Origin: Rhodanobacter sp. | GTDB lineage: Bacteria; Pseudomonadota; Gammaproteobacteria; Xanthomonadales; Rhodanobacteraceae | Direction of reading: 5' to 3' | Length of the DNA stretch: 64,000 bases | Assembly (NCBI GenBank): GCA_035530315.1 | Contig: DATKVA010000160.1 | Location: forward strand, 11,941 to 75,940 | In this document: positions 35,648 through 45,452 of the stretch, one piece after another | Numbering within the stretch: the stretch's first letter is position 1 | Layout: each line of letters starts with the position of its first letter | Program-made: the position numbers and the translations under genes | Notes under the pieces: model-generated | What the model saw: the letters and a program-made list of their open reading frames with translations, nothing else | Database searches by the model: none | Told to the model about the DNA's origin: nothing

Positions 35648-35683
35648 GCTTCTTCGCGGCTACCGCATTCGTTCGCGCTGACT

Positions 35684-35902
35684 TTACTGGTAACTCGACC
35701 CGCTGGTTGCGGGGGCGGCACCACCAGAGGTTGTTGCAGGTGCCGGGGTGGGCGGTGGCGGAGTCATGGGTGTGGGAGCTTGTGCACTCGCCGCACTGCC
35801 GGGTGTCTCGCCCGAAGACGCTGGCGCCTCATCGTGCTTGCCGCACGCCGCCAGCATCAGCATGGACGCGATCAAAAATCCCACTGTCACTACTTTTTTC
35901 AT
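35684..35902 (-). CDS. 72-aa Pro/Ala/Thr-rich lipoprotein
   Basis: AAGGA RBS, MKK + hydrophobic core + LAAC lipobox, low-complexity tail. Confidence 0.75.
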   Translation of the reverse strand: MKKVVTVGFLIASMLMLAACGKHDEAPASSGETPGSAASAQAPTPMTPPPPTPAPATTSGGAAPATSGSSYQ

Positions 35903-36340
35903 GAGGGTATTCCTTGCGTGATTTGGGTGCGAGCGCGGCGATGCTGCATCTTCACGGCTTACGTTCCACGGCAAAGCCATACATGACACCGCGCTCGCCC
36001 ATGCGACCCTAGCGAACCAAATGTGAGTTTTCCGGAGTGAATGCATGAAGACGCCTTCACGTTCCCGAATGGCCCGTCCGGGCCAGACGGCGCCAGCCGA
36101 CTGACCACGTCTACTTGCCTGCAGTGTGCCCCGCTTTCGGCCGTCACATCGCGGATTCCGGCAGCATGGAAGACGGCGACGTGGGCTTTCAGCGACGACT
36201 GCTCATGAGCCGAGGCGTCGACGAAATGCACGCTGGAGACCCTGCGTGGCGTTTCATTGATCTTGGTCAAATACGCCTCGCGGGGGCGGTCGAGAATTCG
36301 TGTGCCAAAACGGCGTCTCACCACCTTTCGGAGATTTCCC

Positions 36341-38089
36341 ATGGACAAACCAAACGCTCTCATGCGAGGCACAACGCTGGCACATCGACTTGTGCGACGT
36401 GCATTGCCGCTCGCGCTCCTGACGCCACTGCTTGCCTGGGGCGCCGTTCCCGCCGATACGCAATGGCGCACCGTGGCAAACAACGGGAACTTCATGCCCT
36501 CGACGTCATGCGTGCCCAGTGCGCCCGCACCGACGTCGCCGCCATGCCGGTTCTTCAACAGCTTCAACCAGCCGTCGGTGAATACCGAAGGCCTGGTGGT
36601 GTTCCGCGCGCGCAGCAAGGGTGGCGAGAGCCAGGGCGAACCGCTGCAGGGCGTCTACACCCGCGACATGTCCAAGAACGGCCCCAAGAACGGTCCGATC
36701 GTCCGCATCATCGATCGCGACACGCCAGTGCCGCAGCCGAACAACCGCGGCACCACGTTCCGGGAAACACCGTCGTTTCCGCGCATCGACATGAACTCGC
36801 CCACCGTGGTCACGCGCGGCAATCACCCGCCGGTGTGGCAGGTGGTGAACGAGGCCGGCGAGGTGGTGGAGCAAGCGGGCACCAACGGCGTGTACGCCAA
36901 CCCGTTCGACGACGTGGTGACCGCCGAAAGCCGCCTCGGCAGCGTACCGGTCTTCTCCTATTTCCAGGTGCCGGAAAGTCCGGGCACAGCCTTCGATATC
37001 ATCCCCGGCTCGCCGGCGATCACCCATCACGACATCATCGTGTTCAAGGGCAACTACACCGTCGGTACCACCAGCAAGACCGGGGTGTACTACCGCCAGC
37101 TGATGAACGCACCGTTCCCCATGACCGGCCAGCCATCGCTGTACCCGGCCAGCGGCACCCTGCCGACCGTGCTGATCGCCAACACCGACAGCTACATCCC
37201 CGGCACGAGCACGCATTTCGGCTCCACCGCGCCACCCAGCGCCGCGGATGACCAGGCCGTTTTCGTCGGCCTGGACAACGAGGACCATCCCACGGCGGGC
37301 GGTATCTACCTGGTCACACTCGACCAGTCGCAGCCACCGCTGCAGCCGCTGGTCCGGATCGGCGACACCGTTCCCGGCGAGGCGCCCTCGGAACATTTCA
37401 GCCAGCTCGGCGAGGGGCTGTCCTTCGACGGCCGCTTCGTGGCGTTCTGGGGTGCGTGGGGGCAGGAAACCCAGTCGCTGCTGCTGCGATGCCCGCAGGA
37501 CGGCAATGCGGACATCATCGCCTACTGCAACCGGCAATACCCCGACGGGCACACCGTGCAGACCCTGGTGCACCAGGGCATGTTCGTGCATGACGTCGTG
37601 CTCGGGCAGACCTGGGCTCTCGCCAAGTCGCCGACCGACTTCACCACCTTCGTGTACTGGAATTTCTCCGGCCACGTGCCGGGCTCCACCACCGAAGAGG
37701 ACGGCGAGCCGGCACGCTGGCGCTCCACGGCGTTCGTGGCCGTCTCGCGGCCGGCCAACAAGGGCCAGTCGGCCAAGGGGATGTTCCACGTCGCCTTCAA
37801 GGCCGGCACCGGCACGCTGGACAACGGGGCGTACTTGAACCCGGTCGACGGCATCTATGGAGAGAGCGGACCCGCTCTGTCACCGATTCGCACTCTGGTC
37901 GCCACGGGCACGGACGGGACGCTGCTCGATCCGCAGGCAGTGGACCCGGACACCGGTGCGGCCCTGCCTGTCACCAGCGTCGGCATCGAACGCGACGGCT
38001 TCCGCGGCGACGAACTGGTCATCAATGCCTCGATGGCTACCGATGAAGCGGGATGGGCGGGTATTTACCTGACCAACGTGCGCTGGTGA
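36341..38089 (+). CDS. Secreted repeat protein, probable beta-propeller
   Basis: GGAG RBS, signal peptide, repeated motif (PSVNTEGLVVF, PAITHHDIIVF, LSFDGRFVAF); strong coding bias. Confidence 0.75.
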   Translation: MDKPNALMRGTTLAHRLVRRALPLALLTPLLAWGAVPADTQWRTVANNGNFMPSTSCVPSAPAPTSPPCRFFNSFNQPSVNTEGLVVFRARSKGGESQGEPLQGVYTRDMSKNGPKNGPIVRIIDRDTPVPQPNNRGTTFRETPSFPRIDMNSPTVVTRGNHPPVWQVVNEAGEVVEQAGTNGVYANPFDDVVTAESRLGSVPVFSYFQVPESPGTAFDIIPGSPAITHHDIIVFKGNYTVGTTSKTGVYYRQLMNAPFPMTGQPSLYPASGTLPTVLIANTDSYIPGTSTHFGSTAPPSAADDQAVFVGLDNEDHPTAGGIYLVTLDQSQPPLQPLVRIGDTVPGEAPSEHFSQLGEGLSFDGRFVAFWGAWGQETQSLLLRCPQDGNADIIAYCNRQYPDGHTVQTLVHQGMFVHDVVLGQTWALAKSPTDFTTFVYWNFSGHVPGSTTEEDGEPARWRSTAFVAVSRPANKGQSAKGMFHVAFKAGTGTLDNGAYLNPVDGIYGESGPALSPIRTLVATGTDGTLLDPQAVDPDTGAALPVTSVGIERDGFRGDELVINASMATDEAGWAGIYLTNVRW

Positions 38090-38092
38090 AAG

Positions 38093-38126
38093 GCGGATGG
38101 AAGCCCAGCGATGGGCTTCCATCCGC
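38093..38126. repeat. Perfect 15-bp-stem hairpin (terminator/REP-like)
   Basis: GCGGATGGAAGCCCA-GCGA-TGGGCTTCCATCCGC, 4 nt after the stop codon. Confidence 0.75.
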
Positions 38127-38437
38127 AGGGTGAGCGGGCGCCCGCCGCCGCGGCTGGCCAGTGTTCGAAGAAGCATGCAGGAAACCCTTCGGGCAACACG
38201 GCAAGCACCCAGCCAGCCGCGCACGCCTTGCCCGTGACCATGGTTCCACGGGCAACGCACCGGATTTTTTTTGACCAGGCGGCAAAGGTGAAGTGGTCAG
38301 GCTTACTTGACTATGGAAAGTGAACCTGATCCCGGTTTGGCGCGGCTGACCGCCAACAGCGCACAACCCCTCAACCGGGCCCTGTCCGCTCAGTTGACCT
38401 GCCGCGAGAAAGCAACCCTGTCCCTGACGTTTCCTGC

Positions 38438-38860
38438 CTATTGGTCAACGCCTTCGGCCAGCAGCGAAGCCACCTCGTGCGGCAGCAGCTCCTTGCTGTA
38501 GTCGGACTTTGGGTTCAGCACAAGCGCAGCTCCTGCCGTGAGCTCGAACAGCGTACGCGCCGGCAACAGCAGGTAGCTCATTTGCCGCGTAATCGACCGC
38601 TGCAGGACCGACAGCGAGCTGAACAAGGGCGTGACGGGCGAACCGTCGCTGCGCAACCAGCTCTGGATGGAGACGCGCACCTCCGGTTGCAGGGGGACCG
38701 CGCCGTCCTCATCCTGCACGCTGTCGCCTTCTTCAACGACGGAGCTGCCGATGACATAGACCTCGGACTCGAGCAGCTCGCGGTAGAAGTCCGCGAGGCT
38801 GGACGGATCGGTCACCGCGACCCGCAACGCATGCTCAAGCGAATTCTCTTCAACAGTCAT
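38438..38860 (-). CDS. SseB-family N-terminal domain protein, possibly truncated
   Basis: LEHAL...DP...FYRELLES, P.FSSL, LVLNP.SDY.KEL.P.EV..LL. Confidence 0.7.
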   Translation of the reverse strand: MTVEENSLEHALRVAVTDPSSLADFYRELLESEVYVIGSSVVEEGDSVQDEDGAVPLQPEVRVSIQSWLRSDGSPVTPLFSSLSVLQRSITRQMSYLLLPARTLFELTAGAALVLNPKSDYSKELLPHEVASLLAEGVDQ

Positions 38861-39106
38861 GGATAACCCTTTTCGTGATCGGAACCTTGCGAAACCCCGG
38901 AGAATCCCCCCCGTGATTTCTCCCCGTCCAAAAGTACCTCATCATGAGAGAAAAAGGCCCAGTTCGAGCCATCCTCCTCGCCATTCGTCACGCCGTCGGC
39001 AACTCGTTCTTTCACTCTACGGACTGATCCCCGCAAGAACGATCAAACGCTGCAGTTGAGGCTGCGGTTACCCTGTACCGGTCGATTCCACCGCCGGGTT
39101 TCAGGC

Positions 39107-39937
39107 ATGGCCGCTGCCGAGAAAGCGCTCTGGTTCATCGAGAGCCATTACAGCGAGGAGCTGTCGCTCGGCCGCATCGCCGAGGTGGCCGGGGTGTCGC
39201 CGTTTCACCTGGCGCGGCTGTTCCAGGTGATGACCGGCTGTTCGGTGGTGCGCTACCTGCGCGCACGCCGGATGACCGAGGCCGCGCGTCGGCTGGCCGC
39301 TGGCGCGCCGGACATCCTGGAGGTGGCGCTGGCCAGCGGCTACGGCTCGCACGAGGCCTTCACGCGGGCCTTCGGCGAGCAGTTCGGCCTGAGCCCGGCG
39401 AGCGTGCGCGAGCGTGGTTCCGTGGCCGGCCTGGCCCTGGTCGAACCCTGGCGCACCGCCGACGGCGCACGCGTGACGCTGGACGAGCCGCGCCTGGCAC
39501 GCGACGGCACGCGCTTCATCGCCGGGCTCGGCTGTCGTTACACGCCGGACACCACGCAGGGTATTCCGGCGCAGTGGCAGCGCCTGCTGCTGCACCACGC
39601 GGCCTCGCTGCCGAAGCAGCGCACCGTTTTCGGCGTGTTCTGCAACAGCGATGACGAAGGCAGCTTCGAGTACATCACCGGTGTCGACATGCCTGGTTTC
39701 GCTGGCCTCGACCCCGCACTCAGCACCTTGCGGCTGCCGGCACGCGAATACGTGGTGGCCACCCATCACGGCCACATCTCGGCCATCCGCCGCACCTGGC
39801 ATGCCTTCGTCGGCGACTGGCTGCCGCGCTCAGGCCTGCAGCTGGCCGACGCCCCCGAGTTCGAGAAATACAGCGCGGACTTCGACGACACCAGCGGCAT
39901 CGGTGATGTCGAGATCTGGCTGCCCTTGCAGAGCTGA
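39107..39937 (+). CDS. AraC-family regulator with GyrI-like effector domain
   Basis: KALWFIESH, AGVSPFHLARLF, GYGSHEAFTRAF, C-terminal VEIWLP. Confidence 0.92.
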   Translation: MAAAEKALWFIESHYSEELSLGRIAEVAGVSPFHLARLFQVMTGCSVVRYLRARRMTEAARRLAAGAPDILEVALASGYGSHEAFTRAFGEQFGLSPASVRERGSVAGLALVEPWRTADGARVTLDEPRLARDGTRFIAGLGCRYTPDTTQGIPAQWQRLLLHHAASLPKQRTVFGVFCNSDDEGSFEYITGVDMPGFAGLDPALSTLRLPAREYVVATHHGHISAIRRTWHAFVGDWLPRSGLQLADAPEFEKYSADFDDTSGIGDVEIWLPLQS

Positions 39938-39973
39938 CCCACCCACTTCGACATCAACACCGACGGGGACCGA

Positions 39974-41047
39974 ATGACCGCACGTACCCTTCTCACCGCC
40001 CTGGCCGCCGCGTCGCTGGGTGTCTGCACGATGGCCCGCGCCGGCGCGGTGGGCGAGATCCACCGGGTGGCGCACACGCCCAGCGCGGCGATCCGCGATG
40101 CGCAGCACCGCGACGCGCTGCGCATCACCGTGTGGTATCCCGCCGCCGACGGCGTCGCCGAAACGCCGTTGCAGATCGGGCCGCCGGGCCATCCGCTGTT
40201 CGAGGCGGGCCGTGCCGCTGCCGATGCGCCGTTCGCGCCGGGGCGGCATCCGGTGATCCTGTTCTCGCACGGCTTCGGCGGCAGCGCCCGGATGATGGCC
40301 TGGTTCGGCACCGCGCTGGCCCGCGCCGGCGATGTGGTGATCGCGGTGGATCACCCCGGCACCAACGCTCGCGACCCGATCACCATGGCCGGCAGCCTGC
40401 TGGTGTGGGACCGCGCGGTGGACCTGCGCGTGGCGCTCGATACCGCGCAGGCCGACCGGCGGATCGGCCCGCACCTGGACCTGCAGCGCCTGGGCGTGGC
40501 GGGCTTTTCGATGGGCGGTATCACGGCCCTGCTGAGCGCCGGCGCGCGGGTCGATGTCGACCACTACATCCAGTTCTGCCACTCGCACGCCGCCGACCCG
40601 ACCTGCGCGGCGCAGGCCGAGGCGCCCGATCTGACCCTGGCCGCCCGCGAGCAAGCCATGAAGACGCCGCAGATGGCGCCGCTGGCGAAACACGCCGGTG
40701 ACGACTACGCGATCCCCGGCGTCCGCGCGGTGTTCGTGATGGCGCCGGGCGGCATCGAGGCGCTCGCCCCGGCCAGCCTGCGCACGCTGAACACGCCGAC
40801 GAGCATCCTGCTCGGCGACGCCGACCCGGTGGCGCCACCGGCCAGCAACGGTCGCCTCGCCACGACCTTGCTGCCGCATGCCACCCTGAAAGTCCTGCAC
40901 GACGTCGGCCACTACGATTTCCTCGCCGACTGCACCGCGCTCGGCCGGCAGCGGGAATCGCTCTGCCAGCACTTTCGCGTGCCGCAGCAGCGTACCCACG
41001 CCACCGCGATCGCCACCGCCGAGGCGTTCTTCGCGAGCCATCTCTGA
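39974..41047 (+). CDS. Exported alpha/beta hydrolase
   Basis: Signal peptide, LFSHGFGG, GFSMGG nucleophile elbow, D..A and GHY. Confidence 0.87.
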   Translation: MTARTLLTALAAASLGVCTMARAGAVGEIHRVAHTPSAAIRDAQHRDALRITVWYPAADGVAETPLQIGPPGHPLFEAGRAAADAPFAPGRHPVILFSHGFGGSARMMAWFGTALARAGDVVIAVDHPGTNARDPITMAGSLLVWDRAVDLRVALDTAQADRRIGPHLDLQRLGVAGFSMGGITALLSAGARVDVDHYIQFCHSHAADPTCAAQAEAPDLTLAAREQAMKTPQMAPLAKHAGDDYAIPGVRAVFVMAPGGIEALAPASLRTLNTPTSILLGDADPVAPPASNGRLATTLLPHATLKVLHDVGHYDFLADCTALGRQRESLCQHFRVPQQRTHATAIATAEAFFASHL

Positions 41048-41085
41048 AAGGTCGCGGCGGGCGGGCGTCATCCACGCCGGAAACT

Positions 41086-41112
41086 GGACATGGCGGACAT
41101 GGCGGACATGGC
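41086..41112. repeat. (GGACATGGC)x3 tandem repeat
   Basis: Read directly from the sequence. Confidence 0.85.
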
Positions 41113-41475
41113 GTCAGGGACAATTTCGGTGTGGCCCGTTGGACGAGGCGTTCGACTTGCCACTGACACCATCGGTTGCGTCTCGGTCAGCGCAGACCCG
41201 GGTCGAACGCCAGCCCGATGCCAGGCATTCGCCGGCATCGAGCTGGCTGACCGCCTCATGCCTGAACTGCGCGACGAATCGCCGACGCTTGAGCATCTGG
41301 CGCCCCCCCGGCGGATCGTCCCCATTCCAGGATGTCTGCCGACCCCGGGCCAGCTCAATCCGAACCCGTTTTCCACACCGTTCTTTCAGGCATTCGCCAG
41401 CGCCGGCGCGTGCTTCCCAGTCGCCCCGGCTGGCCACGGATCGGCCCAGCCGGGAATGTCGATCAGACGCACGCC

Positions 41476-41790
41476 ATGCCCTACCATCCCGATCATGCCG
41501 TCCGGACACGCGCCCGCATCGTCGAATCCGCGCGCCGCCTGTTCAATCGCCACGGCTTCGAACAGGTCACCATCGGCCAGATCATGGCCGCCGCCGGATT
41601 GACGCGCGGCGCGTTCTATCATCACTTTCGCAGCAAGGACGAGCTGTATGCGTCCGCTGTCGCGAGCTTCGTCGCGTGCAACCCGTTCGCGATCCAGACG
41701 GCCGATGCGGCGCAGAAGCTCCGCGACCCCGCGAACTCGCCCGGTGCATCGGCCAGGCGCCAGGCGCTGGCCCTGCCGAAGGCGGAGTAG
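41476..41790 (+). pseudogene. TetR-family regulator, truncated or internally deleted
   Basis: Intact HTH (RARIVESARRLF, GLTRGAFYHHFRSK) but only 104 aa; most of the ligand domain is missing. Confidence 0.7.
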
Positions 41791-41844
41791 AAGTTGCCAT
41801 TCCCGCAACCTTCACAGCTCACATCCAGCCTTCGTTTTCCGCAT

Positions 41845-42360
41845 TCAGAGCTTCATGGCTCCCTTGCGCAGCCAGAGATCGATCAGGGATTTCTCGTAAC
41901 GCAACGAGTCCCGATCGGTTGCAGAGGCGCGGCTGAGAAAGGCTGCGTCTCGCAGTTTGCGGTGACCCTCGCGCAGCACCTTGCCGTCGGCGCCGTACAA
42001 GGTGAAGTCCAGGTCGATGCGCGGCGGATAGAGGTCCGTGATGATGCGCACGTCGTCGAAGCGGGGGCCGCGCCAGGGCTCGTATTCGCCGGCACGGTCC
42101 ACATCAGTCACCTCGATGTCCAGCCGCTGGCCTGGCGCCAGGATGCGCGAAGCACGCTCGGCGATGTACGCCTTGAGCGGTTTCAGATAATCGTCGGCAC
42201 CGATCCGGTGCATCCCGAAACTGCGCTTCGCCTCGGTGAACTGCTGCGGATCCTTGTAGCGGACGTTGACGTTGTCCGGCAGTGTCGCCGCCCGCGCCAC
42301 GACAGAAGCGAGGGCCACGCAGACGATGCACAGCAGGCGGGGCAGCGGGGAAGGTTTCAT
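41845..42360 (-). CDS. DUF3016-family exported protein
   Basis: Signal peptide, VTDVDRAGEYEP, DVRI..DLYPPRI, RYEK. Confidence 0.85.
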   Translation of the reverse strand: MKPSPLPRLLCIVCVALASVVARAATLPDNVNVRYKDPQQFTEAKRSFGMHRIGADDYLKPLKAYIAERASRILAPGQRLDIEVTDVDRAGEYEPWRGPRFDDVRIITDLYPPRIDLDFTLYGADGKVLREGHRKLRDAAFLSRASATDRDSLRYEKSLIDLWLRKGAMKL

Positions 42361-42483
42361 GGCAGTTCTCCCGGAGAGGAACAGGGTCCAAGTATACGTC
42401 CAGGCCAGAAAAGCAGGGCAGAAACCGCCCCATCAATCGACTTCCCCCGTCCCCATCAGGCTTCGGCCTTCCGACCCACCAGC

Positions 42484-43377
42484 CTAAAGACTTCGTGGGG
42501 AAACCACTGGCTCTGACGCCGGCTCCGCCAACTCGGCCAGCGTACGCTTGTCGAGCGGGATCGTCGCGGCCGCCAGGTTCTCGCGGAAATGCGCCAGTGA
42601 CGATGTGCCCGGGATCAGCAGGATGTTGGGTGCGCGCGCCAGCAACCATGCCAGCGCCACCTGCATCGGCGTGGCACCGAGCCGGCGGGCCACGTTGGAC
42701 AAGGCGTCCGACTGCAGCGGGGTGAAGCCACCCAGCGGAAAAAACGGTACGTAGGCGATGCCCTGGCGGCCGAGTTCGTCGATCAAGGCGTCATCCGCGC
42801 GGTGGGCGAGGTTGTAATGGTTCTGCACGCAGACCACGTCGGCGATGCCCCGCGCCTCGGCCACCTGTGTCGCGGTGACATTGCTCAGGCCCAGGTGCCG
42901 GATCAGGCCGCGCTGCTGCAGTTCCGCCAGCGCGGTGAACTGCGCCTCGATCGAGGCTTCGCTCGGCGCATGCACGCTGCCCATGATGCGCAGGTTCACC
43001 ACATCCAGCGCGTCCACGCCGAGGTGGCGCAGGTTGTCGTACACCGCGGACGTCAGCTCGGCCGGGCTCTGCGCCGGGTTCCATGAGGCGTCGGCGCCGC
43101 GCACCGCGCCTACCTTGGTGACGATAACCAGGTGATCCGGATACGGATGCAGCGCCTCGCGGATCAACTGGTTGGTCACGTGCGGGCCGTAGAAATCGCT
43201 GGTGTCGATGTGATTCACGCCGCTCGCCACCGCCTCGCGCAGCACAGCCAGCGCGGCATCGCGGTCCCTCGGCGGGCCGAACACGCCGGGTCCGGCCAGT
43301 TGCATGGCGCCGTAGCCCATGCGGTTCACGGCGCGACCGCCCAGGGCGAACGTACCTGCATTCGTGAGGTTGCTCAT
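42484..43377 (-). CDS. Aldo/keto reductase (YdbC-like)
   Basis: GYGAMQL, IDTSDFYG, TKVG, GLSN, VQNHYN, IPGT. Confidence 0.93.
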   Translation of the reverse strand: MSNLTNAGTFALGGRAVNRMGYGAMQLAGPGVFGPPRDRDAALAVLREAVASGVNHIDTSDFYGPHVTNQLIREALHPYPDHLVIVTKVGAVRGADASWNPAQSPAELTSAVYDNLRHLGVDALDVVNLRIMGSVHAPSEASIEAQFTALAELQQRGLIRHLGLSNVTATQVAEARGIADVVCVQNHYNLAHRADDALIDELGRQGIAYVPFFPLGGFTPLQSDALSNVARRLGATPMQVALAWLLARAPNILLIPGTSSLAHFRENLAAATIPLDKRTLAELAEPASEPVVSPRSL

Positions 43378-43663
43378 GTCATTCTCCAGACCAGAGACGG
43401 CTGGTTTGCCGCCCTGCATACACTGTACGGATAAATCGGCTGCCTGATAATCCGGTGGAAGCGGCGGAGGGTATGGGGGCTGAGGTGGCTTGACGGCCTC
43501 TGGGGCGGACCGGATTCGACCGACACCAGACTCCGGCCTTTCACTGCACGGCTGACCGGGGCACCGGGCGGCTGCAAGCGGTTCCGATCCGATCGGTTTT
43601 TTCTAGCGGGCCGCCTGGTTCGGTGCTATTGCTGTCGTACCCGCCTTGCTGTCGAGGAAAGAG

Positions 43664-44128
43664 ATGCCGGACCTTCCCCTGCGCTGCTCCATGGTTTCGG
43701 TGGTGGTCGTCCGGGGCGCCGGCGCGGACGCCCGTACCCTGCTCGTGCATCGCGCCGGGGCGCACCTGCACGGGCTGTGGACCAACGTGGCCGGACACCT
43801 GGAGCCGGGCGAAAAAGCCTGGCAGGCCGCCTTGCGCGAACTGCACGAGGAAACCGGCCTGCGCGCCGCGGCCTTGTATTCGGCCGACCGCTGCGAAACC
43901 TTCTACGACGTGCGCGACGAGTGCCTCGCCCTCGTGCCGGCCTTCGTCGCTTTCGTCGATGCAGGCGCCGAGGTCCGCCTGAACCACGAACACGACGACC
44001 ACGCGTGGGTACCGTTCGCCGAGGCGATCGCGCGGATCCCCTTCGGCGGGCAACGCGATATATACGCCGACGTCCACCGCGAGTTCGTACTGCGGCCACC
44101 GCCGGACGCACTGCGCATGCCGTGCTGA
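43664..44128 (+). CDS. NUDIX hydrolase
   Basis: Nudix box GHLEPGEKAWQAALRELHEETG; NHEH. Confidence 0.9.
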   Translation: MPDLPLRCSMVSVVVVRGAGADARTLLVHRAGAHLHGLWTNVAGHLEPGEKAWQAALRELHEETGLRAAALYSADRCETFYDVRDECLALVPAFVAFVDAGAEVRLNHEHDDHAWVPFAEAIARIPFGGQRDIYADVHREFVLRPPPDALRMPC

Positions 44129-44235
44129 CCAAGCGTGGCTCGCCTCGATGGAACCCGGCATCTTTGTTTCCGTCAAAACCAGGTCAATATTCGACGCGAT
44201 TCAACCGTAAAGACATTCGGAAACACGCGCCATAT

Positions 44236-44871
44236 TCAGCGCGGCTTCTTGCCTGCAAGATGCTGTGCCAGACCATCGAGAACAATTTCCAGGCCCCCAA
44301 AAAACTCCTTGGCGGGGTCGACTTGCAGTGCGCTGCGCGCCGTTGCAGCCAGCAGCGGATAGTCATCGGGTGACAGGCTGGCCAGCACCACGGTGCCTTG
44401 GCCGTCAAGGGCTCCCAGATGCTGTGCCTGGAGTGCGCCGCTCACGTAGCTGACCAGCATGCGCAATGCGATCACCCGGGGCTTCCCTTGGAAGCCGGCC
44501 CTGGTCAAAGCGCGCAGCAGCTCCTCGGAGCAGCGCCTGACCGAGGGCGAAATATGACGATGGGCCATAAACAGCGGCACCGTCGCAGGATGAGCAATCA
44601 CGGCTTTGCGGAAGCGTTCGACAATGCGGGTGATCTGTTCGCGCCACGATTTTTCCGCAGGCACGACCGGATCCACTGCGCCCAACACCAATTCCACGAC
44701 ATGACGTTCGAGCTCCTCGCGGTCCTTGACGTAACGGTAAAGCGACATCGTGCCGACACCCAGTTGGGTCGCAACCGTTCGCATCGAAAGCGCGGGCAAG
44801 CCGTCACGGTCCATGACGGCGAGTGCGGCACCGGCGATGTCCGAATGGCTGAGGGATTTGGGGCGAGGCAT
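44236..44871 (-). CDS. TetR-family regulator (TetR_C type)
   Basis: MPRPKSLS, LSMRTVATQLGVGTMSLYRYV, FFGGLEIVLDG. Confidence 0.9.
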   Translation of the reverse strand: MPRPKSLSHSDIAGAALAVMDRDGLPALSMRTVATQLGVGTMSLYRYVKDREELERHVVELVLGAVDPVVPAEKSWREQITRIVERFRKAVIAHPATVPLFMAHRHISPSVRRCSEELLRALTRAGFQGKPRVIALRMLVSYVSGALQAQHLGALDGQGTVVLASLSPDDYPLLAATARSALQVDPAKEFFGGLEIVLDGLAQHLAGKKPR

Positions 44872-44874
44872 GGC

Positions 44875-44923
44875 TTGACAGAGTACACGATACGCCCATA
44901 AACTTTAGGCGTACATCGTACTC
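44875..44923. promoter_or_regulatory. Divergent promoter with two candidate TetR operators
   Basis: TTGACA 44875-44880, TAAACT 44899-44904; operators GAGTAC-ACG-ATACGC and GCGTAC-ATC-GTACTC. Confidence 0.65.
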
Positions 44924-44940
44924 TATTGACGGAGAAACGT

Positions 44941-45345
44941 ATGGAGAAACCAGCAATCGCGGACACCCCTGCGGGGATCGTGACCGAGTTCCTGCATGCC
45001 TTCATGTCCGGTGACATCGAACATGCCCGGCTTCTGGCCAGCGACGATTTTTCATTCCAGGCGCCACTGCAGCAGGGCCATGGAAACAGGCAGTCCTATT
45101 TTTCCGGCGCTGCGGCCAAGACCAAGTACGTCAAGGCAATTCGTATCCTGCAGCAGTGGGAAGACGGCATGGATGTGTCGACCTTGTACGAACTCGTCAT
45201 CCACACTCCGAGTGGCATTGCCGCGATGCCGGTGACCGAATGGCACACCGTCGAAAACGGGAAAGTCACATCATCGTTCATGGTGTTCGACACGGGTGCG
45301 GCCGCCGCGGAATTGATGCGGGATGCGCTTGCTTCCGGGCACTGA
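44941..45345 (+). CDS. SnoaL/NTF2-like protein
   Basis: IVTEFLHAF..GD...A..L.SDDF.F..P, EWHTVENGKV; GGAG RBS. Confidence 0.8.
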   Translation: MEKPAIADTPAGIVTEFLHAFMSGDIEHARLLASDDFSFQAPLQQGHGNRQSYFSGAAAKTKYVKAIRILQQWEDGMDVSTLYELVIHTPSGIAAMPVTEWHTVENGKVTSSFMVFDTGAAAAELMRDALASGH

Positions 45346-45452
45346 GCTCGCCGAAGCTCGGTCGGATAAAATCTTAAGAAGTTGTCTCTCCCGTTGCGGG
45401 CGAACAGCGACCTGCTGCCCTGCGTTGAATGCGCCGATAAAGGACATCGTAG

